A stretch of 64,000 bases of DNA. Origin: Octopus sinensis (lineage: Eukaryota). Below are positions 26,300 to 39,498 of this stretch, one piece after another (within the stretch, counting starts at the first letter, position 1; every line of letters starts with the position of its first letter). The notes under the pieces were generated by a model. It was not told the origin of the DNA. It ran no database searches and saw only the letters and a program-made list of their open reading frames with translations. A program made the translations under genes and the position numbers. Location of the stretch: contig NC_042997.1 of the NCBI RefSeq assembly GCF_006345805.1, positions 80,600,001 through 80,664,000 of the forward strand, in the 5' to 3' direction.

Positions 26300-26720
26300 T
26301 GTACATCCAAATAATCTGCAAAATATCAAACAATTTGGATTTTTGTAACATCCTAGTGGTTTCAAGGATATCAAAGTAAATACTTAAGCAATTAATCAAG
26401 CAAGAAAAAACATATGCATCTATTTTTTTGTTGGTTGGACTGTTGGATGAGATTAGGAATGATAGTGTTGCTACAAAACAGGAGATAATCACTCAGAAAT
26501 GAATGGAAAGAAAAAAAGATCTATCAGCTGGTGGCTCAAACCAGATATACATCAGTATCTAGGGATTGAACCCATAATATACCTAGAACTTGAAAAACAA
26601 ACCACATTTTCTTTATTTCAGGACACTGACACAAAAACAGTAATAATTATTAATCACATGCAAAGATATCCAAATCAAAACAAAACTGTAATCTGGATTA
26701 TTAAATGGAAAAGCCAATAG
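26300..26720 (+). mobile_element. Possible degraded R4/Dong LINE fragment
   Basis: Weak similarity only (YLKQLIKQEKTYASI, SWWLK); many disruptions. Confidence 0.25.
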
Positions 26721-27391
26721 AAATGTTAAAGAACAATTAAGTGACCAATAATTTACTAATAATAATTATTTCCATTTATTAATAATGGTCATTTATAGTT
26801 GAGAGAATTTTATGCAGGCACAGCTGACTCGATTACACTCAGAACCTAATGGGGTGAATCTAATATATTATAAAGTATTTGGAGGCAATCTGGTACTCCT
26901 CCATTGCCATCATTCTAGCCCTACCCTTTCATAATGGATGAAAGTATTTTGAACACCTGTTATATATTTGCCACATATTGTTCTACGTGAGTTCATAGAG
27001 TGGCAGGGAAAGAACTGATGGAATGTCTCTTTTAAATCCTTTGACAAAGCCGACTGAGACAAGGTAAAAGAGGAAGAAAAGTTCCAGAACTTGACTAGTA
27101 TTAGGTTGAAGAAAAAGTTTTGTGTGCCATGTTAAAATAATGCGTTTTTAATATATTTTTGTGGTGTGTGTGTTCATTCAGTTCATTATTTTAACACGGC
27201 GCATGATCTTTTTCCTCAACCTATATTTTATTAAAACCAAAAGGATAAAAGAGACAGTTGACCTCAACAGAATTTGAAACTTAATGGCAGAGAGCTAGAA
27301 CAAATATCAGAAGGTATTATATTCAACTCTCAAACAACTTTGCTAAGTCACCACCTTGACTCTTCCTCATCATCATCAACAATTAACAGAG

Positions 27392-27545
27392 TTCAAATTT
27401 TGGCACAAGGCCAGAAATTTCGGCAGAGGGGAAAAGTTGATTACATCAACCCCAGTGAAATTTGAATTCAGAACATAAAGATGGACAAAATGTAACTAAG
27501 CGTTTTGCCCAGCGCATTAACAATTCTGACAACTTGCCACCTTAA
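27392..27545 (-). mobile_element. SINE family A (partial)
   Basis: TTCAAATTTTGGCACAAGGCC tail and TTTGAATTCAGAAC head collinear with other copies. Confidence 0.75.
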
Positions 27546-29627
27546 ATTATAATAAAAATAATACTATACAGTTCTGGTTTCTATTACGTATGAGCAGCTT
27601 TTGCTGCTACTGAGTACTGGTTAACCTTGTGTATGTGCATTTGTGAATGTGTATGCATGCATATGCACATCATGTATGAATCTTTTGCTAATAACTAGCT
27701 GACCAGCAATTCATCAAGATTCACCCACAAATAGGACCTAGCTAGTTATATTGGAGCGTAATTTTTGAGGTTGTGGACAGTGAGGGTTTTAGCATCTTAT
27801 TGACATAATTATTTAGTGAGAACTTTTTCTCAGTTTTTCTAATAGCTGTGTATGCACTTACTGCTTCAGTTCCTTCTGCTGCTTCATATTGCTATATGTC
27901 ATTTCATATAAGCTGTTCTATTCAATCAACATGCCATACTGGCACTTCTGTGCCATCTGCTTCTTTTGTCAATGACTTGCATCGATGAACACACACACAC
28001 AGGTGTGTGCACACATACATGCTTGCATTCACACACACACACATCTCTGGAGTGATATCTCGGTTCTCACCAACCATTCTTGTTATCAACAGTACATTGG
28101 TGAAATATAAAGTAAATCGAGCATAAAGTGAAGCAAGAAAACAAGAGGAGAGGTGGCAATGAAGAATGGTAATTAGAAGCTAGATGGTAGGGAAAGTTAG
28201 GGAAGAACTGAAACAGAACTTCACAATGAAAAAGAAAGCAAAACAAAAGGAGAAACTTGCAGAGTTTAGGATTTAGATGTGACATTTATTTATGAAAGAA
28301 AACCATTGAACAACAATGCATAATATGTGGAAATAAATGCTGCCTGTGACCAAAAATTTGATGAATAACCAGCAGAATGTAAAGCTCTATTAAAATAAAC
28401 GATCTTTCTCAATAGGATTATCTATCAAATTGAATGAAGACCTTGGAGGAAAAAAATGTTAGAAGGGTGCAAAGAGAGATTAGACAAAAGATAGAGATAG
28501 GGAAAAAGAAAGATGGTGCAGAGATATCATGCAACAATAGATGTATAAACCAGAAATTAATGTTTCTAGTGCTATTCTGGTTTGGAACATTTTATTCAGA
28601 TTGATTTCAATTCTACATTAAAATAAGTGTTATTTCATTCCAGCTTATTTTAAACTCTTTTAGAGATTCCATCTTCAATTGCTAGTGTTATTGTCATTGT
28701 TTAGTAGGCCAGGGAAGCACATTTATAGCACAGATACAGGTTTTCAGATGTTAGTGCTGCCCAGATTTTTCAGCAAACTAAATGCTGTCATTTTAATGTG
28801 TTATTTGCTTTTGTGATTGTTACAGACCAACATGTCGTCAAGTCATGTTATAGTTGGTTACCCAGCTTTTAGTCTATCAAAAGCTCTATGTGCTGATCAT
28901 AACAGAAGCAAGCATAATGAACTAGACCAGTCAGTATATAGTAAAGAATTAAGAATAAATAAATTATGTTGTAATGCCCTTTCCTATCTTCATTACAAAG
29001 AATTCTTACAACTCTTTTAACATATTCATTAAGCACGTAACTTGTTCACTTCTGATATATTCAACCTAAATCATCCAAAGCAATTATGTCATCTTTATAA
29101 ACATGTTTTCTTTAGAGCAGCAATTCTCCAATTTGGTCACAACATGAAACATTATTAATGAAAGGTTTTCAAGATGTTATTGAGATTATTGTCAGTTCTG
29201 TGAACTTTCCCCTGTTATTAATATTTGAAGTATTGTGTAACCTATTCTTCAAATGCAATAGAAGAAAAGACACAAGATGAAATGCAAAAGCTAAGGAACA
29301 GTGGACCCAAAATGTTCAAATATCTCAAACTTAGAATATTCAGAGTAAAACAATAGGACCAAAAATAAATATTGGTGGAACCTACAATGTTTGCATTTCA
29401 ATATTTTAGTCTTGTTTCTGATCTGACTTAAGATAGATTACCAATTCCCAAGCTGAGTCACTAGCAGCTTGTTTTAGCAAATGATTTGTTTTCATAGATG
29501 TCATAAAATTGTTATATTTCGGAATGGTCATATTGCCAGTTTAGCCAATAAAAACACACGCACTATATATTTGGTGTTATTTTGCTTCGGTGATATTTAT
29601 TTTTTACATTAATCTTAATCTTATTTC

Positions 29628-29672
29628 GGCCAGAGTTCTTTCGTCACACTCCTGTGACCGCATCAGTGGTCC
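29628..29672 (-). ncRNA. Degenerate minimal type-I hammerhead ribozyme-like motif
   Basis: Minus strand GGACCA-CUGAUGCG-GUCAC-AGGAGU-GUGAC-GAAA-GAACUC-UGGCC: stems I and II can form, but the core deviates (CUGAUGCG instead of CUGANGA). Confidence 0.4.
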
Positions 29673-29994
29673 TTTGTTTTCTTCTTTCGTATTTGTGTCT
29701 CTCCTTACTAACCGTCAGCCATTTTGTATTTCTATTGTATGTCTTTATTTGCGCATGCTTATATCTCTATGTGCGTCTATGTTTATTTAGTGTGTGTGTG
29801 GGGGGATGCCTGTAATATTTGTATCTTCTGTTTATATACATTCATGTAATTTGTATTTTGTTTTTGTTGTTGTTGCTTTTGTTCTAATTTTGTTCATGTA
29901 TTTACATCCACCCATTATTATCATTACATATGCTTGTATGTATGTATAACAACAATATTAGTAATAATAATAAATCTAATCGAAAAAAAAAAAA

Positions 29995-30061
<67 letters not shown>

Positions 30062-30085
30062 CATATACATATATAGATATATATA
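29995..30085. repeat. (TA)n/(CA)n microsatellite
   Basis: Direct reading. Confidence 0.9.
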
Positions 30086-30089
30086 CACG

Positions 30090-30707
30090 GGACAAGAACC
30101 GTGTTAACCAGAGGGGGACCAGGGTGAGGCCAAAAAGTCTGCTGCAGGAATATTCTCACAAAAAAAAACGATCTACCAAGTAACCAAAACCAGGCTAGCC
30201 CTAACCCTAGACTTGCAGTGATACCAACGAAAACACTACCTAAGGCAAAACACATAAAATGGACTTGAGAGGATTATAGAGATGTGTTGAAAGCTTTCTA
30301 TACAGCCCAACTAAACCCAAACAATAACCTCATTGTACAAACATACACTTCATGAAGAACTTAGTAGGCAATGAAGTATGCAGATATATAGATGCAAAGA
30401 AATTAAGTAATGTACGTAGAGATATCATTATGAAACATCCAGATAATATCCCAGAAGAATCATGTCTCAGAGAAATCCAAAAGATTGTGCTGACAAGTAC
30501 TGCCCACATCCTTAGAAAAACCCAATCAATTTAAATGTCTGTGTTGTATTGCATGAAGATATTTTGCTACTGCCCCTGCCATATCCCCTCCTCAGGCTTT
30601 CAGTCATACTGTAACATCTCTTATCCTTCATTCACCCTAGGATGAGTGTGTCTTGGCAAGTGATTGGAACAAAAATGCGGATTAAAAGTAAATAATAATA
30701 ATAATAA
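30090..30707 (+). mobile_element. Internally deleted R4/Dong-clade LINE (N-terminus fused to C-terminus)
   Basis: KWT*EDYRDVLKAFYTA...YIDAKKLSNVRRDI (N-terminal-type motif) runs into IPEESCLREIQKIVLTSTAHILRK* (C-terminal motif), then a 3' UTR ending in (AAT)n. 5' boundary uncertain. Confidence 0.65.
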
Positions 30708-30920
30708 TCAGCACTCAACTACCAACATGGCTCAAAAAGATTGGTACAAATGTAAAGATAGAACACTTAGAAAAATCAGTATTGCTTGGAACTGCAAGAA
30801 TTCTTCACAGGGTTCTTGAAGCATGACCAGTAAACAAGTGTTACCTTAGTCTGCTAGTTGTGGGCAGCTGACACTTTTCACCATATCCAGCAAAATGAGC
30901 TGAGAGTTTTCATCAAATAA
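30708..30920 (+). mobile_element. 3' fragment of a second R4/Dong LINE
   Basis: LPTWLKKIGTNVKIEHLEKSVLLGTARILHRVLEA* is the characteristic C-terminus of RLE-type elements; begins right after (AAT)n. Confidence 0.75.
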
Positions 30921-30929
30921 AAATTATTT

Positions 30930-31125
30930 CTGCTCGAAGAACAAGGCCTGGAAATTTTGGAGGAAAGGCAGTCAATTGCATCAACTCCAGTGCTCAGCTA
31001 GTATTTATATCAGTGAGCTTGAATGGATGAAATGCAAAGTTGACCTTGGTAGAATTTGAATTCAGAATGTCAAGGAAGATTAAATTCTGCTGTGCAATTT
31101 TCTGGCATGCCAGCATTTCAGCCAG
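30930..31125 (-). mobile_element. SINE family A
   Basis: Collinear with 49300-49515. Confidence 0.75.
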
Positions 31126-31129
31126 ATTG

Positions 31130-31197
31130 TTGCTGCTGCTGCTGCTGTTGCTACTACTACTACTATTAGTAGTACAATGCTGCTGCTGCTGCTGCTG

Positions 31198-31270
<73 letters not shown>

Positions 31271-31402
31271 CTAGTATTTGTATCAGTGAGCTTGAATGGA
31301 TGAAAGGCAAAGTTGACCTTGGTAGAATTACTACTACTACTACTACTACTAGTAGTAGTAGTAGTAGCAGCAGCAGCAGTAGTAGTAGTAGTAATAATAA
31401 TA
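31130..31402. repeat. Compound (GCT)n/(CTA)n/(TAG)n/(CAG)n/(AAT)n trinucleotide repeats with an embedded 60-bp SINE duplication
   Basis: Direct reading; (CTA)n abuts (TAG)n twice; 31270-31329 duplicates 30997-31056. Confidence 0.95.
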
Positions 31403-31404
31403 GA

Positions 31405-32075
31405 TTACTCTGATGCAGTACAATGCCCCGATGCAGTACTAGGCAGTGACTCTCATGGCTTCTCATCTTAACTGATTGGAGGTGTTACAGCAAGTATTCA
31501 GCTCGATACCACAGATTTGCTTGTCAGTTGTTTGACCTTAACCAGTTGAGCATGTCCCTTAGTGGCTGACAATATGTGCATCTCTGATCACAAGCAAAAG
31601 TAGTGGGGGAACATCATAGTCATATGTTAAGAGGAATTCTTTGGGGCTTGGATAATTCACATTTGGAAACATGAGTGTTTCATTTAACATCCTTAAATAA
31701 ACTTTATTCAGGGACTTTTCAAGCGGGATGGGCTACTTGACCTACTAGAGAAAATTCTAACCTTCGCTAAGGTGGAGGTAATAATAATAATTCCTTGATG
31801 CCATAGCCAGGCAGTTGCTCTCATGGTTTCTGATCTTAACTGATTGAAAGAGTTACCATGTACAAGTTTTGTCTTGGTGTAAAAGATGGGCTACAGCAAA
31901 TATTCTGCTCACTTCCACAGATTTGCTTGTCAGGTACTTGACTGTAGCCTGTTGAGCATGTCCCTTAGTGGCTGACAATATATGCATCTCTAATCCCAAA
32001 CAGGAGTTGAGGGATATTATTTGGGCTTTAAATAATTCACCCCTAGAAATATGGATGTTTCATTCATAATCATAG
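31405..32075 (-). mobile_element. Two tandem copies of SINE-like family C
   Basis: TGATGC...CTCTCATGG(C/T)TTCT...TTAACTGATTG...GAGCATGTCCCTTAGTGGCTGA repeated at ~31410 and ~31795 and again at 42385 and 42775. Orientation inferred from the (AAT)n end. Confidence 0.7.
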
Positions 32076-32149
32076 CTATTTCATCTAGTGTTCAACTGCC
32101 TTTGTCATTTTACTGGCCATACTATCCTCAAATAATAATAATAATAATA

Positions 32150-32320
32150 ATCCTTTCTACTAAAGGCACACAGCCTGAAATTTTGAGGGAGGGGAGTAGA
32201 TGATTACATTGGCCCCAGTGTTTCTAAAGTCGACCTTGGCGGAATTTGAACTCAGAACATAATGATGGATGAAATGCTGCTAAGCATTTTGCCCAGCATA
32301 CTAACAATTCTGCCAGCTTT
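32150..32320 (-). mobile_element. SINE family A (internally deleted)
   Basis: GTCGACCTTGGCGGAATTTGAACTCAGAAC...AAGCATTTTGCCCAGC matches other copies. Confidence 0.7.
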
Positions 32321-32799
32321 TCTCAATATACAACCTGAAAAACCTTAAAAAAAAAACTATAGAGAAACTCATTATATGCACTCACAAAGTACTGTAAATA
32401 TTAACTGCAAGATATTCAAGCAAACATTAAGATCACATATCTTACTATAATATTATCATAAAATGATAATAGTTAGATCTAACAAAATCATTCATTTCTA
32501 TCTTGAAAGAGAAAGGAGACAAGCATCCAGGATAAGGTAGTGTTGGATGCATTATATCATAAAGACAGGATGGTCATAACTTGAACAGCTTTATTCATCA
32601 AAAGATGATCTGGGACTAAACAACTGCATATATTCCAAGAAGAATTTTCTTAGGATGCTGTAGCAACAGCAATTTTCCAATTTTACTCTTACATGGTTTT
32701 GTCAATAATTATGAGATAAAGGTGCTCTTTATGATAATGGAAACAACATATATGCTCCCATTGAAATATTTAGTTATTTTGATTTTTGCCACTGGTTTG

Positions 32800-33560
32800 T
32801 GTGTGTGTGAGAGAGTGGGAGAGAGGGGGGGTAGAGATTGGTCTGAAGGAAGAGGTTGGGCTCCTAGCTTTCACAGCCTTCCCAAGACTGGTGAAATGGC
32901 ATGGTTAATACTCCACTTGAACAATTACAAGCTGAATGCTGGAGAAAAAATACTTGTGCATGGGAGGAATTCCAGGGGGCAGAAATTCACTACCACTTGG
33001 CATTGTGTGGCAGGGGTGAACATAATTGAAGGAGCAAGAAGATAGGTGAATGAGTTGGGATTGTGAGGAGAGAGTGTCTGTGCTATACACACAGACAACC
33101 AAGCTGAACTATTTGCTAACTTCGATGGGGAAGACCATGGCCTAGAATTTTCTGTGTTAAGCATGTGCATTTGTCAGAAGAGATTGTCAGAGAAGATTAG
33201 GTCTAGAATTTGAAGTGTCCTTGAGGGACACATCTAGCTGCATGATGTGTTTGTATGTGGGACAATGCATTCTCATTATGTACAGTGATTGCATCATTGT
33301 GTATTTGTGTTGCTGAAAGAGACAATATTGGCCAAATTCCATTGGCCGTTTTCAGGGTCTCTGTTCATAGAATCAGGGCAGATTTTGGAAGGTGTCACAG
33401 TTGCATGTTGATGATATTTGAGTATAAAATATTATGGAGGAAGGCAGGGTAGTATTATCTGCATAGGAGTGGGTGTTGTCACAGGCAAAAGTAAGTAGGT
33501 TTTTGATGTTTAGGTGTAAGATATCAAGGAGAAAATTGAACATGGGAGCTAACCAAAATA
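32800..33560 (-). mobile_element. Degraded CR1/L2-type LINE RT fragment
   Basis: Minus-strand LAPMFNFLLDI...DNTHSYADNTTLPSS resembles the RT YADD segment. Confidence 0.65.
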
Positions 33561-35639
33561 TTTAGAATGTGTGTCAGAAAGAGCTCCATTAGCACAATCT
33601 AACATGCAGCCATTATTTCAAGAGATGAGAGACAAGAGCTTATCCCATAAGCAGTCAGTTTTTGCCAGAAGATATTTTCAAGAAGAATCACTAACTGACT
33701 TCAAATGCAACAACATGGCTTTCATCTCAAATTTCCCAAGAAGAGAAACCCACACATGTGTAACAAAAATGAGTAGGTTTTCAGTACATCTAGTTTAAAA
33801 AAAAAGGATCATTAGAGACAAATAAACATTTAATGTGTTGGAGTAGGTTGTAGCTAATGGCTGCCTCCACAACCATCTAAGATACTGGAAGTGAAAGTAA
33901 TAGAACTACTTGGGGAGGTCTGCAAGGTTATATTTCTTAAAAATGTGATACAATGTACAATATCTTCCCAAAGATATATATATATATATTATATATATAT
34001 ATATATATATATCACTTAGGCATTGCAAGACTAATAACCTGGTAAAGAATTTAATATACGTATGTTTCAGAACAAAGTATAAAGTAGTAATAAAAAAAAG
34101 AGCACTGAACTGTGAGTCCACTGCATCTTATAGCAGAAACAACTGTAAGTTAATGAAAGTCATGGCATAATCAGTTTTTGCTGTGTAATCTCTTTTTCCT
34201 ATATGTACAGAGAAATATGTGGGGAGAGAGAGATACTAAAGAGTTTAGTGTGAATAGGGAATAGTTCTGGCATGAATTGTTTGATGGCAATGGAAGAGTG
34301 GTGGCTTTGTTGGTTTGAAGCAATCAGGTGTATTTATGCACTTAGCATAAGTAGTACTGACTTGATTCAAAGAGTAAAATGCATAATCCAAGAAAAGTGC
34401 AGATGTCTTGCAGCAACAACATTTAGTCTGGGCTAGAGTTTAAGAAAGAGTTCAATTCTTGCCATTACTCATCATCTAAGAGTGAGGAAAAGAGAAAAAG
34501 AGATTAATTACACAAGAAATCTTAGCTATAGACAACCAGTGTCAGTACAAATTTCTTTGTCTTCCTCATTCTCAGATGAAGAACCAGAACCCAAAACAAT
34601 TAAGGTTTCTTTATAGGCAGAAAAAAAGGAATAATCTGAATATTAGGTGTTGTTAAACTTTCATTAGACAACAATTACTGATTTTCTGCTCAAACAAACA
34701 ATGATAGCTTATAGCTATCTATAGCAAACACAAAGGCACACATAACAAAAGTGTGTTTGATTTGCATTAATAGAGTATGAAATAACAATATGAATAAATT
34801 AATTAATTTTATGCCAGACAACCTATTTTTAAGGATAATTTCAAGTGTAAATAAACTCATTTTAACTAATACTGTACAAAATTTTTGTACTTTTATTTCT
34901 TTAAGGAAAATTTGAAATGTAAGATAAAATGTAACAGGTTTTGCTCTCTCTGAGCTGAAAAAGGGATAGGTTTGATAAATTTCATTAAATTATCATCAGT
35001 GAACAATTACATACAATCATCTAGGCCAACATTTCTCAGATGAAAATTAAATAAAATTTTAAACTAGCTGAATCATTTCCTTTTTCTACCTATGGTAAGA
35101 GAAAACTATAATGTGACCACTTTACTTAGTTTTCAGTGAAACTAATAAGGTTTCTTTTGCATTTTATATTATCCATGTGTACGTATTGATGATTATCTGC
35201 TTGTTTTCAACAAATGTCAGCATTTATCAGCATTCCCCCACCCCAAATTTCCACACAAATTCAAAATCATTCTGGAATAATGCATGAGAGAGAAAATCCT
35301 AGGCTTGAAGTTCCTCTAGAGCAAAATAGGGAGGATTCAAGAGAAGAAATGGTGGAAGACATAGTTGTAATGGAGTGGTAAATTCTTTACCCCACCATCT
35401 CTCTCACTCCCTCACATACACACAACATACTTTCTCACACTTGTGTTTCAGACAAAACAGTATTACAGAATATACTGGAAGATTATACTCAAAATACCAT
35501 ATTTAGTAATATCTTCAGAAAAATAATATAGAAGGAAGGAAATAATTCATTCTTTAATTGTTTCACACCTAAATTTGTTTACATTTATGTTCTATGAAAT
35601 ACATTATTAAATTTTATGTTTGGAATTGTGGATGGATCA

Positions 35640-35865
35640 CCAGCCTGCCAGGTTGATGGATGAAGCAGGTTAGAAGAATTGTTAGCTTGTCAGGAAAAAT
35701 GCTTCATTGTATTTATTCCAGTTCTTCACATTCTGAGTTCATATTCTACTGAGGCTAACTTTATATTTCATCATTTCAGGGTCAATAACATAAAGTACCA
35801 ACAAAATGCTGAGGTCAATGGCATTGACTAAACAATAATTCTCTAAATTCTGGCCAAATTAGAAA
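35640..35865 (+). mobile_element. SINE family A
   Basis: TTCTGAGTTCATATTCTACTGAGG...TTTCATCATTTCAGGGTCAATAACATAAAGTACC matches the family core. Confidence 0.6.
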
Positions 35866-35884
35866 TCATATGGTGTTTGTGTGT

Positions 35885-36150
35885 AGATAGATAGATCTGT
35901 TTTCCATGCTGGCATGGGTTAGATGGTTTGACAGGAGCTGGTATGTCAGAGAGCTGCACCAGGCTCCATTGTCTGCTTTAGCATAGTTTCTACAGCTGGA
36001 TGTCCTTCCTAACACCCACCACTTTACACTTTCTACATGACACCAACACAGGTACTTCATATGTGGCACTGGCATGAGTGCTTTATACATGCCATGAGTG
36101 CTTTTTATGTGACACCAACACAGATGCTTTTTCATGTGGAACCAGCACCT
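35885..36150 (-). mobile_element. RTE 3' UTR/tail fragment
   Basis: TTTCCATGCTGGCATGGGTT...TTTCTACAGCTGGATGTCCTTCCTAAC is the reverse complement of the RTE 3' end, followed by degenerate GTGCTTTTTATGTG modules. Confidence 0.7.
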
Positions 36151-39100
36151 GTGAGCTTGCAAAACAAGATATATATATTGTGCATTTAGTTTGGAGTGGG
36201 GGATCTTTGTTGGCTTATATGAAACAATATTTCTTTTATATTGTTTCATGTAAGTCCAACACTCAGGGAAGAAAAGGGAGCAAACCATATAACATTCCTA
36301 GATCTATTTCTAAGCTCAGATTTTGTCTGGGTTGGAGTGTATCTTCTCTTAAGCCACTGATGGCTGGGATGCTGTTATTGCAGGGGCTACTGAAATTTGT
36401 TATTAATGCTAGCTACAAGGATTTTAAAGTTGACAGATATTCTTTAAACTATCCTAAAGCCTATCCTGATTCAACAGCAAACATGCAACAGTTAGGGTGT
36501 CACAACAGTAGTAGCTTCAGGTGTGACCTTTGGCATCAGCTAATCATGTACACATCCTCAATCTATACACCTCACACCAATCATGTAACAATGTACAGTC
36601 AGTACATACATCAAGGAAACGCACCTACAATTTGGAAACCTCTTCAGGTGCTGTTAGGATAACTTCTTCCTTGCTCTTGCCAGTCTCAGTTACCCTAAAA
36701 ATGGTGACAGACACTGACCTTCCTCCCTAGCTAAGCAATTTAAAAAATAAAGTATTGTATAAAAAAAAAAACATATACACTCATTTACACACTCACACAT
36801 GTTAAGACAAGGAAGAAATATCCATGAAATGTTATTTCTTCCAAAATTAAAACAGCTCTAATTTTAAGTGTTTGTGCTACTTACATATCTCCCTCTATCC
36901 TTTTGCTTGCTTTCTCTCCCCCTCTCTCTCTCTTTCTCACACACACACACACACACACACAAACTAGCTAATAAACATAAAATGTATCCAACATTAAAAT
37001 TTCCACTCCAGTTATATTTGCCTGTCTAAACAATGTTACTCATCTTCATTAACTGTCCTTTCTAGTTCACGAAACAATCATGAATTGAACACTTGAGCAA
37101 AACCAGGTTAAATCAGATGTTTGAATAAATGACCAATATAACATCACTGATACCTAGCTATAAAATCTCTGATTTTATATCTGTCATGATGCAGGAGTGT
37201 ACCACGTTTATTAAAGCAGAATATAGATCTTGAAGCTATACACTTTAACAATTAAGTTAAATTGGCCTTAATTGAAAGTATTGATGAAGTAACCTAGCTA
37301 GATTTGATCTAATGATTTCCTGAGATCTGCTTTAAGCATCATCATTATTGTTTCTAATGTCCAGTTTCAGTGCTGGCATGAGTGCGATAAAACTTGATGA
37401 GATTTTTTTTTTTTTTTTTTTTTGGTTGTCAGACGTTCTTCTTGTCATCAACCCTAATCTATTTTCCAAGTGAAATACTTTCATTCCATTAACTTCACAT
37501 GTCAGTGATAGCAAGCTACCAAAAGCTACTGGAATTTTGCACATGGGCACGCATGCACACACACACACACACACATCTGAGTGTCAGTCTACTAATTCCA
37601 CTCATGAACACTGTTGAACAGGGGCTATAGCAGAAAACAGTGGCACAAGATGTCATAGAGTAGGGCTGAACTTGGAATCACATGGTTGTGAAGTGAACTT
37701 AGAACTTAGTAAGTACACAGCCAAACCTGAGTCCATAAGAATGTATTTGTACTTAAGTATAAATAATGTATTGGTACCCTCAGCACTAACACATTCTTAT
37801 AAACATGATTAAATGTCTTGCAACTTTATTATGATAAGCTGACTTATTCTGATTGAATTATTACTCTTCCTTTAGTTGAGTCACATTCTGAATTCTGTTT
37901 CCTTTGTTTTGTTGTTTTTTTTTAATTTTCAATGAAGACAATTGTTACAATCTAAATTACATGATCAAACTTGTACTGGAATATGTGTTTTAAGATATTA
38001 ACATATAATAGAGATACTCAGTTGTTTAAAGTGTAAGAAATACTAGCAAAATCATGTAAAGTTCTAATTCTGATTGTACAGAAAGGTGCATTTAGTACAA
38101 TATACATTACTTGCCTCAAGTAGAAAATAAGTACCACTCCCACTTCATGGATGAATGCTAAGCTACAAAGGTATTTCTCTTGAAATTGGCTGTAGGCACA
38201 CCCACCATTTAACCACAAGAAAACAGATGTTAAAACATTTAGAAATGAATGAATGAAGGAGAACAAACTAAAACAGGAAATGGTGTTTTATTATTACCCA
38301 ATTTTTATTATTATTATCCAGTTCCACTAATTATATTTAAAACAAATGTATGTAGGTGTGTATGAAAAGATAGCTTTAAAGCTTGAACTATAATGAAAAG
38401 GGAAAGTCAGCATAAAATAAAATAATCAGAGAAGGAAAAATTCAATAGATACTGGAGAAACATTGGATAATGTCATGGGTCAGAATGTGAATATCATTTA
38501 ACATATAAAACAAAATATTCAACATATATCACAATTAGACAGTGGGGAAAAATAGACCAAGTCTACCAAAGAGATAAGATTATTATTTGAGCAAATAGAA
38601 CATCAAAAATCAATTAATAAAGACAAGCATAACAATAAATCAGTCACAACTGAAGCATTTATTTTGTCAAGCTGTTACACATAACAGAATTAGATTCTAC
38701 ACATTGACATATAATCTATTAAAGGGTAAAGGAAATGCTGCTTCAAGTCCAAGCTTATAATATACAGGGATGTGTTTAAAAGGAAAACAACTATTAAAAG
38801 CAAATAAAAACTAAAAGCAAGGCAATGAAGGCAAACTAAAGAAACAAAGTAAAAAAGAAAATGATTTAAGTGATGTCTAAACTGGTATCTTAGAATGCTA
38901 CTACCTGAGTTAAAGAGAAGATAGTTATATAAAAATAAACCATTTGATTTTATATGAAAATAGAAGATAAAAACAATACAATAAAGTTCATTTATATTTT
39001 TGTCCTGAACATCTCAGTTATAACAAAACGATAAAGTAGTTTTTTTTTATATATTTCATGACAAAAGGAGAAAGTATTAAAAAAAAACTAAAAAAAAACT

Positions 39101-39269
39101 GCACACTAACATATTCTATAATATGAAGTCGCTGTAGAAACAGCTATTTCAAAGAAGAATCAATAATTGCGTAAACGAAATAGTTTGATGGTTAAATTAA
39201 ATGCTTTTTCCATACAAACTGATATTGCTCAGCTACTTTTCATAGCAATAATAATGATTTCTTATGTAG

Positions 39270-39465
39270 ACACAAGACCAGAAATTTTGGAAGTTGGGAA
39301 AATTCAACTATATCAGCCACAGTATTTGATTGCTACTTATTTTATTGATCCTGGAAAGATGAAAGGCAAAGTCAACCTTGGTGGGATTTGAATTTGAGTG
39401 TAAGGGACTGTAACTAAAGACTGCAAAGTATTTTGTTAGACAAAGTAATGATTCTGCCAATCTGT
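39270..39465 (-). mobile_element. SINE family A
   Basis: GGAAAGATGAAAGGCAAAGTCAACCTTGG core. Confidence 0.65.
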
Positions 39466-39467
39466 CC

Positions 39468-39496
<29 letters not shown>

Positions 39497-39498
<2 letters not shown>

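Noticed and set aside
31040-31466. Poly-L/V/S/T/Y ORFs
   Set aside because: Translations of trinucleotide microsatellites.
36078-36662. 194-aa plus ORF
   Set aside because: Starts within a reversed RTE tail, has no recognisable motifs or splice support; probably a chance ORF.
39433-39496. N-terminus of the 301-aa ORF (IIIIIII)
   Set aside because: Read-through of a SINE end and an (AAT)n tract into the truncated RTE.
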